A stretch of DNA of 63,154 nt, the filler included, from Reticulomyxa filosa (lineage: Eukaryota; Protista; Foraminifera): the NCBI GenBank assembly GCA_000512085.1. It is 20 parts of 20 records of this genome, joined end to end, with 100 filler letters (N's around TTAATTAATTAA, not from the genome) between each part and the next. Parts side by side here need not be neighbours in the genome. Positions count along the whole stretch, not along the records: positions 23,930 to 29,346 come from ASPP01006039.1; positions 29,447 to 32,119 come from ASPP01024021.1; positions 32,220 to 33,750 come from ASPP01034397.1; positions 33,851 to 35,533 come from ASPP01001065.1; positions 35,634 to 39,101 come from ASPP01004743.1; positions 39,202 to 41,070 come from ASPP01047196.1; 14 more parts are not named here. The stretch is one strand, 5' to 3'. Below the pieces are notes generated by a model that saw only the letters and a list, made by a program, of their open reading frames with translations, was not told where the DNA came from and did no database searches. This document shows positions 26,240 through 39,435 of this stretch, piece after piece; position 1 is the first letter of the stretch; each line of letters begins with the position of its first letter. The translations under genes and the position numbers were made by a program.

Positions 26240-26690
26240 ACAAAAGAAGGCCAGAAAAACAAAAGTAAAACCTTTTCTCTTTCTGGTTGTTATAAAAAAA
26301 GCTTGGATTTCATCAACGAACAACCACAGAAACTAAAAAACTGATTTGTGATCTTTGCAAACAATGCAATAGAATTATGATAGGTGAACATATAATGCAA
26401 AGCATGTTATTTGATTGGAGATGAATGTTTACAAAATTATTTGAAAATGAGAAATGAAAAATGTCCAATTGAATGATTTAAATGAACATTTACAATTGAA
26501 CAAACAAAGAGAAAAAGAAGAAAAAATGAGTTCAATTTGAAATCAAAAAGTAATTGTAATTTCAAAGGAAAAATAAAAGACGTGAAAGACCGTTTGGATA
26601 ATTCGTGTGACCTAAATTCAATTGAACAAAGAATTTCATTCGAAGTCCAAAAAAATTTGCATATGGCTAAAGATGGACAAAGAAATTAAA
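26240..26690 (+). pseudogene. RING/TRAF zinc-finger relic, paralog of the 20232-20924 exon
   Basis: CYKK..W..; ANNAIEL*; LIGDECLQNYLKMRNEKCPIE; CNFKGKIKDVKDRLDNSC, with frameshifts and deletions. Confidence 0.8.
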
Positions 26691-27371
26691 CTGAGCAACT
26701 CACAATATTTCATAAACTAGATTTGGACAATGAACAATGAAAACAGCTGCCCGAAACGAGTGAAAAAAGCGCATATACTATACCATCGTGCCCTCCTACT
26801 GAAAATGCTAACCAAATTGTCGAACAGTCCATCCAGTCAACAGCTGGTCAAATGTACAACGCATTCAAAAGTTAACTGAAGATCATCAAAAAGAAGTGCC
26901 GAAAAAAAAGAGCCGGCATGCTAAGGATATACGTTGTTTGTAATTTTTCATGTGATAACACTTTATGAACAAATTATATATCATTTTTATTTGTACCTGT
27001 AAGAGAAAAAGTTACGCGATTCATGAGAACACACTAATTTAAGGTTAAATGTAAAATCAACGCTATAAATAGTGAGTTTTTGAGTGACCGACTGCAACAG
27101 CAAAAAAATATATTATTTTCAAATAACGAAACAATTTTGCGTGTTTACAATCAAAAGTATTATAAAAAGACCTAAATGTTGAAATCTGGCAATTAAGTCT
27201 AAAATAACAAAATCAAAAACATCAATACAACATAAAGTCAGAAGAGAAGAAAAAATATATTCAATGTATGTACTTGATTACAAGAAAAAAGTTTAAAGAG
27301 TGAGTAAAAATGTTGGCTCTATGTTCATAAGAAAATTTTTTGAAAGGAGAAAACTCTAATTTCATACAAAT

Positions 27372-29346
27372 ATGGAAATTAAAACAAAAGATATGGATGA
27401 AATATACTTATTCTTGATGAATTCGGTGCAAATGAAAGAGGAACAAGCGACTCAAGTTTGGAAAGAACTACGTGATAATCAGGACTGCTTGAGAATGGAA
27501 GACATGCTCAACATGGATGAAACAGGTTGGGAGGGAGTGTTTACTAATACAGGATTGAAATCAAGTACAAAATCAAGATTACGTAACGCAATCAGCCAGT
27601 ATAAGAGTAAAATGGACCCGAAATCACTCACTCCGTTTTATAAGTGGAGTATATATTCTATATATGTCTACATTATGAGCCGCAGACTGAAAAAAAATAG
27701 GCAAAAAAATGAAAAGAGTGAAGTTGTGTTGATTTCCGAAGTGCAAAAGACATCTGGGAGTGCATATGTAACTTTGAAGGTACTTCTTTTTTTGTTTTGC
27801 AATACGTTGATTTTTAAAAATGTTTCGTATTTTTTTTGGATGAATGAAATAGGACAATACACGTGTCAGAGTGGATCCAAACAATGAAAAATGGGAAAGT
27901 GTGGATATGCAATTAGGAGATGAAGTAAAATGCAGTTATTTGATTGACGACAATGGTCAAGTGGTGATGCAAAGTATTAACTATCCAGAAATGTATTCAG
28001 GACAAGTTCACGTTTCTAATCGTGAGGCTATAATTGAGATAAGTCCTCTTTCTGCTCCGAAAGAAGGACCACAAAAAGTAAGTGTAATAATTGTAATGTG
28101 CTCTTCCCAAAATTTTCTTGAACAATTTTTGTCAGCTTGCACAATATGATTTGCCTTGTGTTGATCGATTACAAAATAAAAGGTGATATTTTGGAAATAT
28201 GCAAGCAAATCAGCGATGGAAGTATCTCCAAGACATGGAGATACTCTGAAATTTCGACTCCAATTTGTGAAGAACGAATGGCATCCAAAAAAAGTGAAAC
28301 TGGTTCCACATATTCCACCGTTTTGTGTTGTTGTTGCCACATTTAATAAGTAGCTAATATTTGCTTTGCTCGGTGTTTGACAGGAGACAAATGAAAAACA
28401 TACCACTTTCTGGAAGCGCAATGCACGCACTAACACTATTTAACAAGGACAATCAAGCACCAAAGAATACAAGTAGCTACGTATCTCTTTTTTTAAACTT
28501 TGGCTCTATCTTCTTATTTTAATCTTTTATAGCTGTCTTTGAAATTGGGGGGTGGTCAAGTCGAAGAAATGCCCAGTTATCTGACACGAGTGATAGAAGA
28601 ATGCATACAATGCAACTGCGGAATTCCTATAGACGTGCTAAATGAATTGAAAAAAAATAAATCCAGGCAAACTCAAGCAAAAAAAAAGCTCGGGCAAATC
28701 GTACAACAATACCAAGAGTTAACGGAAGACAAAGAAAATGATATTAAATCTCTATTGGAAAACTATCAAAGAGTTATAAGTGAATACAAGAAAGAAGATA
28801 AGAGGAATAAAGCACATGAAAAAAAAAGAGCAAACATGCTAAGGATCTACGTTGTTTGTGACTCTGAGATAAGTGAGCCAGTCATCTCGCTCGAAGATGA
28901 CACATATAGTTATTTATTGTATTTTTATTATATTTTATTTTATCTTTTGGCAACTCAGTGATATACATTTTATAAATATTACAAACAAACAAAAAAAGGA
29001 TATGCTCTGGAAAAAATTGCTAATGGCATTTTTTATAAGGATTTTAAAGATATTCAGGAGTTTGTGACCTTTAATGTGCACCAGGGAGACAGTATGGAGC
29101 AGAGCAAAATAAAAACAGATACTTTCATTGCCTTTCATCAACAGTCATCCATACCGAAGTACGAAGGAATCATTTTGAGTCATCTATTGGAAAATGTCAA
29201 AGGCTCGACCTCGTTTGAATTTGCATCTCATGCGCTAAAAGATATAACACAAATCATTTCGGAAGGACTGGCACAGGAACAACGCAATATAGAAAGTAGA
29301 ATTCTACAATTTGAGGACGAACAAACAAGCTTGTCATCAGTTTTGC
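27372..29346 (+). CDS. Large multi-exon protein, N-terminal part: SAM-like helical domain, two possible OB/cold-shock-like folds and a coiled coil
   Basis: EDMLNMDETGWEGVF..GLKSSTKSRLRNAI is SAM-like; MQLGDEVKCSY and PRHGDTLKFRL..HPKKVKLV resemble cold-shock GDxVxF strands. GT-AG introns; truncated at the spacer. Confidence 0.5.
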
Positions 29347-29446
29347 NNNNNNNNNNNNNNNNNNNNNNNNNNNNNNNNNNNNNNNNNNNNTTAATTAATT
29401 AANNNNNNNNNNNNNNNNNNNNNNNNNNNNNNNNNNNNNNNNNNNN

Positions 29447-29668
29447 AACAAATCTTATCATACTCAGACAACCACAAAAAATTTTTTTAAGATTAAAATT
29501 TTTGAAAAAATTGAAAAGACTTAATAAAAACCAAAATGATATTTAAAAACTACACTATTCGTAGATATTTAAAAAAAAATTTTGATTAAATGTTGTTTTT
29601 TCATTGAGAAACACAATCATTTCCATAAGGTGGCATTTTAGGTGTCAACTTTCTTTTTTATACTACTG
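29447..29668 (-). mobile_element. Terminus of Tc1/mariner-like element or MITE, followed by TA
   Basis: Reverse complement ta|cagtagtataaaaaagaaagttgacacctaaaatgccaccttatgg..ttctcaatgaaaa..caacattta..aaatatctac..gtagtttttaaatat aligns over more than 140 nt with 35337-35533. Confidence 0.7.
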
Positions 29669-31277
29669 TATATGTTTTATAGTATGAGCAGTAATGACTT
29701 AAATGTAATACTAAAGAGCTTGTTACTGAAATGGAATTTTAATAAAACAAAAGTAATTAGATAAGAAAATAAGTCGCAAAATTCAAGTCAAAAATAAATG
29801 TAAATAAACAAACTTTTGGCGAAAGTGGAAAGTGAAAAATTTTAATTACAAAAATGTTCAAGTCACTTCACACTTTCATAGTTGGTATGACGTTAATATA
29901 AAATTTAAATGTTATTTCTTCATTGAGAAAATTAATTATCTATATAATGTGCCTTTTCATTGTAAACTTTCTTTTGCATCTATTGTATATAATTATTTTG
30001 AAGTGTGCAAGCTGATTGCTTGACTGTCTTTTATAAATTTCTTGACTCATTTTCAGAAAAAAGAAATACATCTACACATCTGACCAATCATTTATTGGAA
30101 AAATACGTTTATTTCAGTGCAAACATATTATTAACTTGGTTTTATTTGGAAGAAAATGCAAACTTCACGTTGACATTTACAATGTGTGGATTGCTGACTG
30201 TTTGCGTGTGTTGTCGAAATAAAAGACAAAAAAGTAGCAAATGTGCAATTAATAAAAATTTTAAGTTACTAGATATTCCACATTTTTGAAATAGTTATAT
30301 TACTGCGAAGGACAAAACAAATTTGTGTTCATGTTCAAAAAAACTAATGAATGTGTTGTACATTTTTAGTCATATACAATTAAATTTATTTCAAGAAATA
30401 AATTTTTTATGTCGTTTATTTGAATAGTATAAGAAATTAAACATTCTTCGTCTATTATGTCCAATTTTTTTGGTAAATATGTATACATCAGATCAAAATC
30501 AATTAAAACAAGAAAATAATTTATAAATTGACCAATAAAATACGTGAACTGGAGTATATCCATTCACAGAGCAAATACCGCTTTTCACGTCGTTTGAATG
30601 CCTTTTTTTTCGACAAGACTAGACGATAAACACGGATGTCAAGCACAAAATTATAGTTTAGCAATAAAAAATCGCAAAACTAGCTCAACTGACATGTTTC
30701 ACAAACACAGCTTCATTATTAACAAGGGCAAGCATTTTTTTTTTTAAGGCACCATTTTGTCACAAAAGCTACACTCCACGAATTGTTTTCAAAATTTCCA
30801 AAAATTAAATCCGTTGAACGTAAACAAAAACAATAGATGATACAGAAAAAACGACAGACAACCCATAGAATTAAGTTGGATAAATACAGACTGGAAATTG
30901 AACCTTGATTTTGGATCGATACTAAACGAGATAAATATTTAGAACAGACGAAGAAAATTTGTCAAAAAAAATTTTGTGCAAAGTAATACGGATTGACTCT
31001 AGTTTCGCTTGTTTTTTTGTCCCCTTGTCCAAACTGTTGAAAGGGTATTTGAAAAACTTGACTTTCATATTTTTTAACATAACAACTTTGTTCTTGGAAC
31101 TTGTGTTCATTGTTTTATCTGAACCGCTTGGTTTTTTTAACCTAACTAATTACTTTTTTTAAGTTATTGTTGACATTTTTTTTCCTCCTCTCTCTCGCTG
31201 TTCTTGCCCAAGACCTCCGTAACCAGTATTTTTGGTAGTTGTAAAGAGTAAAAAGTTTGAGAAAGGGATTGTGGTGG

Positions 31278-32119
31278 ATGTCATCGCCCCAACAAAGTAA
31301 CCTTCGTTATCTCAAAGATATTTCCTTTTTTATACGTAGCACGTATAGCCACACGATAAGTTTGCAAAAATCGCTCCTGGGAGAAGTTACCGTCGGTACA
31401 CTAAAAGTAGGAAAGAGCGTCAGTGGCTTTGAATCGTATGAAAACACAAAATCGAGCAACAAAAAAGCAAACCAAGGTACAAAAGGGATAAATATCGAAC
31501 GGGATCAATCCAATGGCGTCAGTAATGATGTGGATGAGATGTTATTGCCAAGCAATAACTCGATAAACCAAAGCATACCTTCAGTGGCGGTACCACATGA
31601 AAAACATGTCATCAAAATATGGGATAAAATGATGTTGCATCAACTCAAAGATCGTGTTTGTGAAAACCCTTTGATCGAAATCGAGGTCATGCAGCGCTTT
31701 TGCTCAGGAAATAATCGCCACCCTTATTTTGTCAAATTCATCAACGCCTTCGAAGACTACTTATCCTACTGCACGTTGTTGGAATATGTTCCTGCTGGTT
31801 TGTTTCCTTCCAAAAAAAAAAAAATTTTCCCACTCCCCAGCTTTTTATTTTTTTAATGTATTTTTTTTTAAAAAAAAAGGGGATTTGTGTACTTACGTCC
31901 AACAACATGGGGCATTTGAGTTCGAAAGAGCACGTCGTTACGCGAAACAAACCACATTGGCAGTGGCGTATTTGCACAAACACGGCTACTGTCATTTGGA
32001 TTTGAGCTTGGAAAATATCTTATTGGACCAATCAACGGACACGATCAAATTGTGTGGTAAGAATCAGTTTTTTCTTTTTATACAAAACAACTTAAAAAAA
32101 ATGAACCCATTATTTTTTT
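31278..32119 (+). CDS. Ser/Thr protein kinase (CAMK-like, DLSLEN type), N-terminal part
   Basis: HVIK (beta3 Lys), PLIEIEVMQ (alphaC Glu), HPYFVKF, LLEYVPAG|DL, AYLHKHGYCHLDLSLENILL, IKLC|(D). Confidence 0.88.
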
Positions 32120-32834
32120 NNNNNNNNNNNNNNNNNNNNNNNNNNNNNNNNNNNNNNNNNNNNTTAATTAATTAANNNNNNNNNNNNNNNNNNNNNNNNN
32201 NNNNNNNNNNNNNNNNNNNGAAGGTAGTTGCCTGTGTTAACAGCAAACAAATTTGTATTTATTATTTTTCAAGTTCAATGAAGGGACTTTATTTTGTGGT
32301 CCATTATAAAATTTTACTCAAATCAATACTCAAATAATTATTTAAAATTGAGTTCGGATGGATCAGCAGTTTGTATATTTGTCATATATTAAGTACATTC
32401 TGGCGTACAATAACAATTCAACTTTGACATATCAAAGTACAAAATTCATTTAACGCAAGATATTCAATTTTTTTGGTTCTAAAATAAATATGTTAATACG
32501 TCCAGAAATAAGCACATTAAAAAATATTTTCGAAACATGTTTCATAGTTATCAAAATTATTCATTGAATAATTGGAGAACATCTCAATAACAAAGCAAAG
32601 TGTTTTTCTTTGATTCTACAATAACATAATAAGCAAGTATGAATTGTTACAACATTAAATTAATTCTCAAATATTTTTGTCCTTTGTCCAAAGAAAATGT
32701 ACACTATGTCGAGGACAATTTAGTCAATTTTCCTTTTCAAAAACACAAAAAACTGGGCATTACGTTTTTGTGCAAATATGTTGACTGTTCAGAATAATTC
32801 CAGTTTCTGGACAATTACAACTAATTATTGGAAA

Positions 32835-33395
32835 GAGAGCATTGACCAAGAAGCCAATCTCGGACCTCATTCCTTGTGTTTTTATTGTACAACACATATC
32901 AAATTAAATTGAATAAACAGTATCAAAATATCCAAAACAGGAAAAAGCTAAAGGAATAAATAAAGATACATTATCAAAAACAATATCTTTTCTTGAATGA
33001 AGATATGAACGGTCAGTAAACAAAAAATGCATCAGATAAAGATATTCTTCAATATCTCAGGAATAACTCGTCTCAAGATACCGTCTCTTTGATGCAGCTA
33101 TTAAAAGATTTTCAGAATTGAAATATCCTAAATCAATCAATTCTTCTAGATATAATATTTTACAACATCACTTAGGTATATAAAATAAATTTGATTTATA
33201 AAAACGTTATTTTAAATAATGGCTTACAAACAACAAATTCGATTTGATGAGCAATTGTTGATCCTTGACACAGAAAGAGGATTATCTTCATTTAATGATT
33301 GAAGTTTACAATTTCAAGACGAATTTAATTATTTGTAGTTCTTTGTTATCCATATGTAAAAGCACTGATATTCAAAGTACCGAATTGATGTTACA
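32835..33395 (+). pseudogene. PPR pseudogene, paralog of 10804-11617
   Basis: DILQYLRNNSSQDT..AAIKRFSELKYP..HLGI*NKFDL*KRYFK*WL..YNFKTNLIICSSLLSIC..DIQSTELM is colinear with the intact PPR protein; stops and deletions. Confidence 0.85.
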
Positions 33396-33571
33396 GTTTT
33401 AATCAATTTAATCTTAAACTTTTCTGGTCGTTGTAAATAATTTAATATTTCCAAATTTTACACATAATTTATGTCAATGTCAAGCTTTTAAAAGCAAACA
33501 AAGTAATCAAATTCCAAAATAATATTAAGCTGAAAGAAAAAATAAAGATTTGAAAAAATATATTCTGTTCA

Positions 33572-33685
33572 CCACCTGATCCAGAACAAATGAATTGTCC
33601 ATCATCAAATATTGAATAATCAATACTATACACCGAATCAGTATACCCAATAAATGCATTGAGCAATTTGGGTGATGAAGAAAAT
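33572..33685 (-). pseudogene. WD40 repeat-1 fragment of the RING/TRAF-WD40 family
   Basis: SSPKLLNAFIGYTDSVYSIDYSIFDDGQFICSGSG versus SSKLLTTFRDHSKPVRSIDYAIFDDGQFICSGSD in the intact gene. Confidence 0.8.
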
Positions 33686-33716
33686 TCCTGATTGTGTTAG
33701 AATATAATTATGAATA

Positions 33717-33750
33717 CAGTAGATTGCAAAAAAAACTGCCATACCTAAAT
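33717..33750 (+). mobile_element. Terminus of the CAGTAGG repeat family at a contig end
   Basis: ta|cagtagattgcaaaaaaaactg..cctaaa. Confidence 0.55.
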
Positions 33751-33939
33751 NNNNNNNNNNNNNNNNNNNNNNNNNNNNNNNNNNNNNNNNNNNNTTAATT
33801 AATTAANNNNNNNNNNNNNNNNNNNNNNNNNNNNNNNNNNNNNNNNNNNNTTACTACCTTTCTTTTTTTTCTTCTTCCTCATCCTCCCCCTCCCTCCCCC
33901 CCCCCCCCCCCTTCTAATTCTCGCTAATGGTTCGACAAA

Positions 33940-34137
33940 ACTGCTTATTTGAACTAATGTACACCCCACCAACACCATTGTCAACAATGGTCTTCGTCGG
34001 TGGATAAATTCCAATTTTCGGTACTTCCAAAAGTTTCTCAACATATAACACAACAATGGAACCAAAGTCACTTCGGTTATACCAACTATTATCTTAAAAA
34101 TGAGCAGCGCTGAATGCGAATGGAGATCATTCACCAT
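33940..34137 (-). CDS. N-terminal exon of a multipass membrane protein, probably 7TM-RGS type
   Basis: MVNDLHSH-TM1-FWKYRKLEFIHRRRPLL-TM2. The basic F..R...FI..R.P loop resembles the first intracellular loop of TM-RGS proteins; no RGS domain is visible on this contig. Confidence 0.55.
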
Positions 34138-35336
34138 TTTCTTTTTTTTGTTTGCTGCACTTCTTGCAAATAGACAAGCGAGAAAAAAAAAAATCCTTCT
34201 GCCCTTCAACTTTGATTAAAACTACGTTTTTAGTTGCAACTATGTTTTCTGTAATTTGAGTATGCAATTGTAGATTAAAATTTTAGAAAGCAACACACTG
34301 TATATAATAAGTGCGTACAATTTTCAGAAATTTCGAAAAAAAATCAACTTGTTCGAAAAAAGTTCATTTTTGAGTTTCCGTGAAGTTAGGAGAAACAAAC
34401 CAAAATTAAAAAATCAACGAAACTAAAAGTTTAATATTCGCTGCATATGTTGGCACCTTGTTGTAACCAGCGTTACATCTCCATATTGGTTAGTTTGGTT
34501 GTTAGCTTTAAACTAGTTTATGTATTAAACTAAAAAAGGAAATGATTATGAAAAATATAAGAGAAAATGAGTGCAAGATATACTGACGCTATTGCATAAG
34601 ACAGTCTCTTTTGATTCTTTCAACAGCCGTTATTTCGACGTATAAAAAAAAAATATAGTAAGCAATATGTTCTCTCTGACGTATTGTCAAACGAAATAAG
34701 TAAATATCTTGTAAGGCAACGCCTCCTTGTTGCAGGGTCTTAGGAAAAACTCCTTTTTCCTAAAATCTTTCTTTACTGCACTTTTTCGTGACATGAAAAA
34801 CGAAGCTGCGACTGGATAATACCAGATATAAGGAAGCAAATTTACAATTAAATTAAAAATAATAAAATCCAATAAAAAATTGTTAAATTTTGTCAAACAG
34901 TGGTCAACAAAAACTCAATATCAATAACAGCATAAACTTTTGAATATTTTGCAAATAGATGCCATACGAAATCTTTGCATAAAAGCATATGTGATATTTT
35001 TCTGACTTTACTTCAATTCATTGTATTTATTTAAGCGATGTTCAAATTGTGTTTAAAAAAATTAAAAAGATGCATTCATGTTTTTTTAAGAATTGAAAAG
35101 CATAATCAATGAAAATTGTATTCAATTATCTAAATAAATTGCAAGATATTTCAAGTATGTGTTTTCTTCATTGCAAATCACTACTTTTTTTTCAGATTGT
35201 TTTTTTAAGTCTACTTGCTATTGTTTTTTGTATAGTATCGAACACTCAAAACATGATAAAGTAAAAAAGAACAGTTCATCTTAAGATACCTCTAGCTATA
35301 GCTTTGTGCAAAGCGAACATATCCTTCCTGATATTA

Positions 35337-35533
35337 CAGTAGGTTGCAAAGAAAACTGAACGCCTAAAACATATCTTATGATGATAATTGATTTTCTCAA
35401 TGAAAAGTCAACATTTAGACCTAATTTTTTTTTTATTTAAAAAAATATCTACAAGTCTTGTAGTTTTTAAATATGATATTGATTTTTTAATAACTTTTTT
35501 TTTGTTGGATGAAATCAACATTCTTTCAAAGAT
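35337..35533 (+). mobile_element. Terminus of Tc1/mariner-like element or MITE, preceded by TA
   Basis: ta|CAGTAGGTTGCAAAGAAAACTG...; homologous to four other sites; runs into the contig end. Confidence 0.7.
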
Positions 35534-38500
35534 NNNNNNNNNNNNNNNNNNNNNNNNNNNNNNNNNNNNNNNNNNNNTTAATTAATTAANNNNNNNNNNN
35601 NNNNNNNNNNNNNNNNNNNNNNNNNNNNNNNNNGGGAGTGGGATGGGTTGAAGAAAAAAGATTTAAGGGGCAGTTAAAAATGTAGTAATAAAAAAAGGAT
35701 AATAAATTTAAAAAAAAGGGGAAAATGAATGATGAAAAAAAAAAAGATGATAATAAAAAAGAAAAAAAAAAATGGAAAAAAAGAAAAAGAAAATAGAAAA
35801 TAAATAGAAAAAAGAAAGAAAAAAAGAAAAAGAATAGAAAAATGAAATTAGAAAAAAGAAAAAAAGAAAATAGAAAATTGGAAAAAAAAAGAAAAAAAAA
35901 AGAAATGAAAAAAATAAAAAAAAGAAAAATGAAAAAGAAATAATGTTTGTAATATTATTTTTAAAATTTTTTTTGTTGTCTCTTGCGAGAACAACACAAC
36001 AGTTAAGTTTGTTTTGTTTTTTTTTTTAAAAAATAAGATAACATACTTATAATATTATAGAATTTGCATTGGACCCGAGATCATTCAAATGTGAGCGGAA
36101 AGATGTAGTGCATATATAAAGTAGATGATTGCCAAAGAGCAAGCGCTGCATTAGACCAGGCGACACAATGCAATCAACATTACATATTTTTCATTGTTAT
36201 GTTCCACTTAGCTGCTGTATCATTCCTCCAATTTTATTTTGCTGACATTGAACATGTTAGTGTATATGAATAAACATTTTTTTCGTCGTTTGGATGGTGC
36301 TGCTATTGATATACATGAATATCATCTGCCAGCATTTCGAATTACCAATAATACGCTTCCGACAGCCATCCAGAACTCTACAAGCGATTCCTGAAAATGA
36401 TGTCTGCTCAAAAAAAAAAAAAACAAAAAAAAAACAACACACATACATCCACCAGTGACAATAGTCGTCCCGTCCATGTTCTATTGATACAAATATACCT
36501 GAATAGTCATTGCTGATCAAAGACAACGTGAACTCGAAGAATAGCTCCACATAGTCGATATTTGCATACTCAAGAGTTGAATTTTGCCTTCAAGATTCCA
36601 TATCGAAATACGCAGCCACGAGCCCTACGTTTTCAATAATCGTTATCAAAAGGAACAATGTTGTAATGGAAAGACAAGCGAGTTGAAGTGGATTATGATC
36701 AAATGGTTACCTTTCTTTTTTTTTTTTTTTTTTTTTCTCCCAATATAATCTCCAATTAATTTATGATTTCTGTACATATATAGATTTGCCATAAAAAATG
36801 TATCCCATGCCAATTGAGTTCAGAGTTATTAATAATTTAATCATAGCATAGTCAGTTCATCGTACGTATCCATTGCTGACTATGTTTGGAGCATTGAGCG
36901 ACTTTCCTCAGTGGCAGATGATACTGGCACTGTCTATTATCCACATGGCTCCATCTGATAATGTGCCCCCCCCCCATTGCATTCTCTTCCAATCGCATTT
37001 GAATAGCAATCAAATACCGAGCATGGCCAATCATTTGTGAACACTACTTCCAATGTATTAATATCGCGTCGTTGTCAAGTTGGGTGCATCATTCCTTTGG
37101 AAATCGGTACGAGCACATGTGCACTTAGTAACAGCCAAAAAAAAAAAGTGAACATCCGGATCGCGCTCAATAGTCTTGGAATGGCTTTGCAAATTTTTAT
37201 CTATTTGCATATGTATACACAATTACACTCCCTATCCTAAAGTATGTCCATACCACGAGCGACCACAGGAGACGACAAAGGCAAGGTATATTATTATTTA
37301 TATCATATTTTCAATTGTTGTACTAATGTCTTACTCAACACAATGTTAGCATGTACCTTTTTCTCTGTAGAATGAGTTACTTCAAAGCAAGAAAAAGATA
37401 GAAAGTGAAAAGAAGAAGAAGAAGAAGAAGAAAATTAACTTAATGAAAGGAGAAAAGAAAAACTATAATCAAAAATATCGACTAATGTTATTGGGCGGCA
37501 TATGAATTGTGTCGATGAATATGGTACGTGGTGGCATAAATGTATTGATAAAATAAAGTGGATGATGTGGATGATGTGGATGATGTGGATGAATATGTTA
37601 CCACAATACAATCCACAAATAACGTCGACATGCATATTCACCAAAGATTATGGATTGTCATGGAGATGTTATTGAAACGAAACTCCAATGGTGATAATAT
37701 GCTATGTGCTTTCAATCTCACGATAGATTGGTATGCACTGCTTTCATTCGATGCCTGTACATGTATTTGTGATTACGTTCTTTGGTAATTCTCCCCCCCC
37801 CCCCCCCCCCCTCTCTTGATGTCGACAGATTAAAGGTATTGAAACATTTCCAAGATACTGTTGGCATGGTCTTCGTGTTGGCTTGCTGGAATATACAAAT
37901 CATAGTATGCTGTTCTTCGAGTAAGTCTTTCTGTACAGTTTGAATAGACTTGTTTGTTGTTTTTACAACAATTAGAGTACGATAATTCCATAAGCAGTGG
38001 GTATTGAGAAAAAGATGTCCAGGTGGGTTGGGGCAAGTGTTGCTGTCTTGCATTGACGAGTAATCAAATATCAAATAAATCCCAAAGTATAGAAGAACCA
38101 GCTTGTCGAGCTTGCAAGAACTCGTCTCATCCAATAGCGTGGAAGAAACAAATCGACCGCTGAAAAGGAGAGTAATATACGTAGTAAAACATTTGTTGGA
38201 ATGTTGCAACCTCTTGAATGTCAAAATAGAAACGGGGCCACCAAAACTGGTGGTTCAATCTTTTGCTGAAGAGATATGATAGTGCTAATGAAATAGAAAC
38301 AGTTGGCAATTTCTGCGCCTGCAACAAAAGATTACGTACAGCAATACTATTCTCACAATTGCATAAAGTTTGTGATATTTTGGTATGGTCAAAAAAAAGC
38401 TACAAATTATCACATGATGAAAGTATTGCATGTCCGGTATCTTTAGTGTGTTCGATATGCGTCAAGTGAAAAAAAAGCAATGTCCAATTATTTATATCAA

Positions 38501-39435
38501 ATGTAAATAATAAACAATGCTTTTACATCAATTGCTGTTAGCATTAATCTTCGTTTTCTTCAAAGTGTTGTGATCTGATGTTACGTATTTCATTTCTCCC
38601 TCTATCTCTCTGTTGATATAAGATAATATCTCAAATCTGATCAATACAAAACAAAATAGGCTGGAGAAATGAATAAATCTTATTTATTTTCCAACATAAG
38701 ACGGCTACTGTCATAATAGAACGAGGCGTAAATATGGACGCAGAGATGGTGCAAAAGAGAATCAGACAGCGGAGTGCAAAATGTGCTCGACTGTTTTTCT
38801 GTAGTGTGTTAGTCTTGTTTTGTTTTCTTGTGTATTTGTTGGGTATGGACAGTTGTTTTTTATTTCCAAACGCTGATCCAGCTTTTTTTAAAAGAAACCA
38901 GTTGCTCTTCTAGTAGTGCCAGTTGTTATGGAAAATTTTTGGTAGCATCTTCTTTGCAACATTTTTTAAAACAGACAAAATTGTAAATACATCACATAAT
39001 GTGAAATACTAATGCAATTAAATTTTCAAAAAAAAATATATTTCTCACTTTTACAAAAAAAAGAGACAATAAAGGGGAAAAAAGATATCAAAAAAAAAAA
39101 ANNNNNNNNNNNNNNNNNNNNNNNNNNNNNNNNNNNNNNNNNNNNTTAATTAATTAANNNNNNNNNNNNNNNNNNNNNNNNNNNNNNNNNNNNNNNNNNN
39201 NAACATTGAAAGAGGGCTACCATTTTAATTCATAATATAAAATTTGCATTCTGCATTTTCAACAGCAACAAAAATTTTCTGATAGTAGTTAGATATACGT
39301 TCTCTAAATACAAATGTCGTTATATTGAATGATAAAGAAGTCTTGAATTTGAAAAAAGAGAAAATATACAAATGACATAAAAATTTTGCTTCGTGAAATC
39401 GTATTGGTAGTACCCAGTGAAAATTCTAAAAGGTT

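Noticed and set aside
35634-35945. Long purine (GAAAA)n tract, plus (AAT)n and (TA)n microsatellites elsewhere
   Set aside because: Ordinary low-complexity intronic or poly-Asn sequence.
36060-38800. Coding-like fragments on this contig
   Set aside because: No consistent frame or recognisable motif; probably a decayed gene, not callable.
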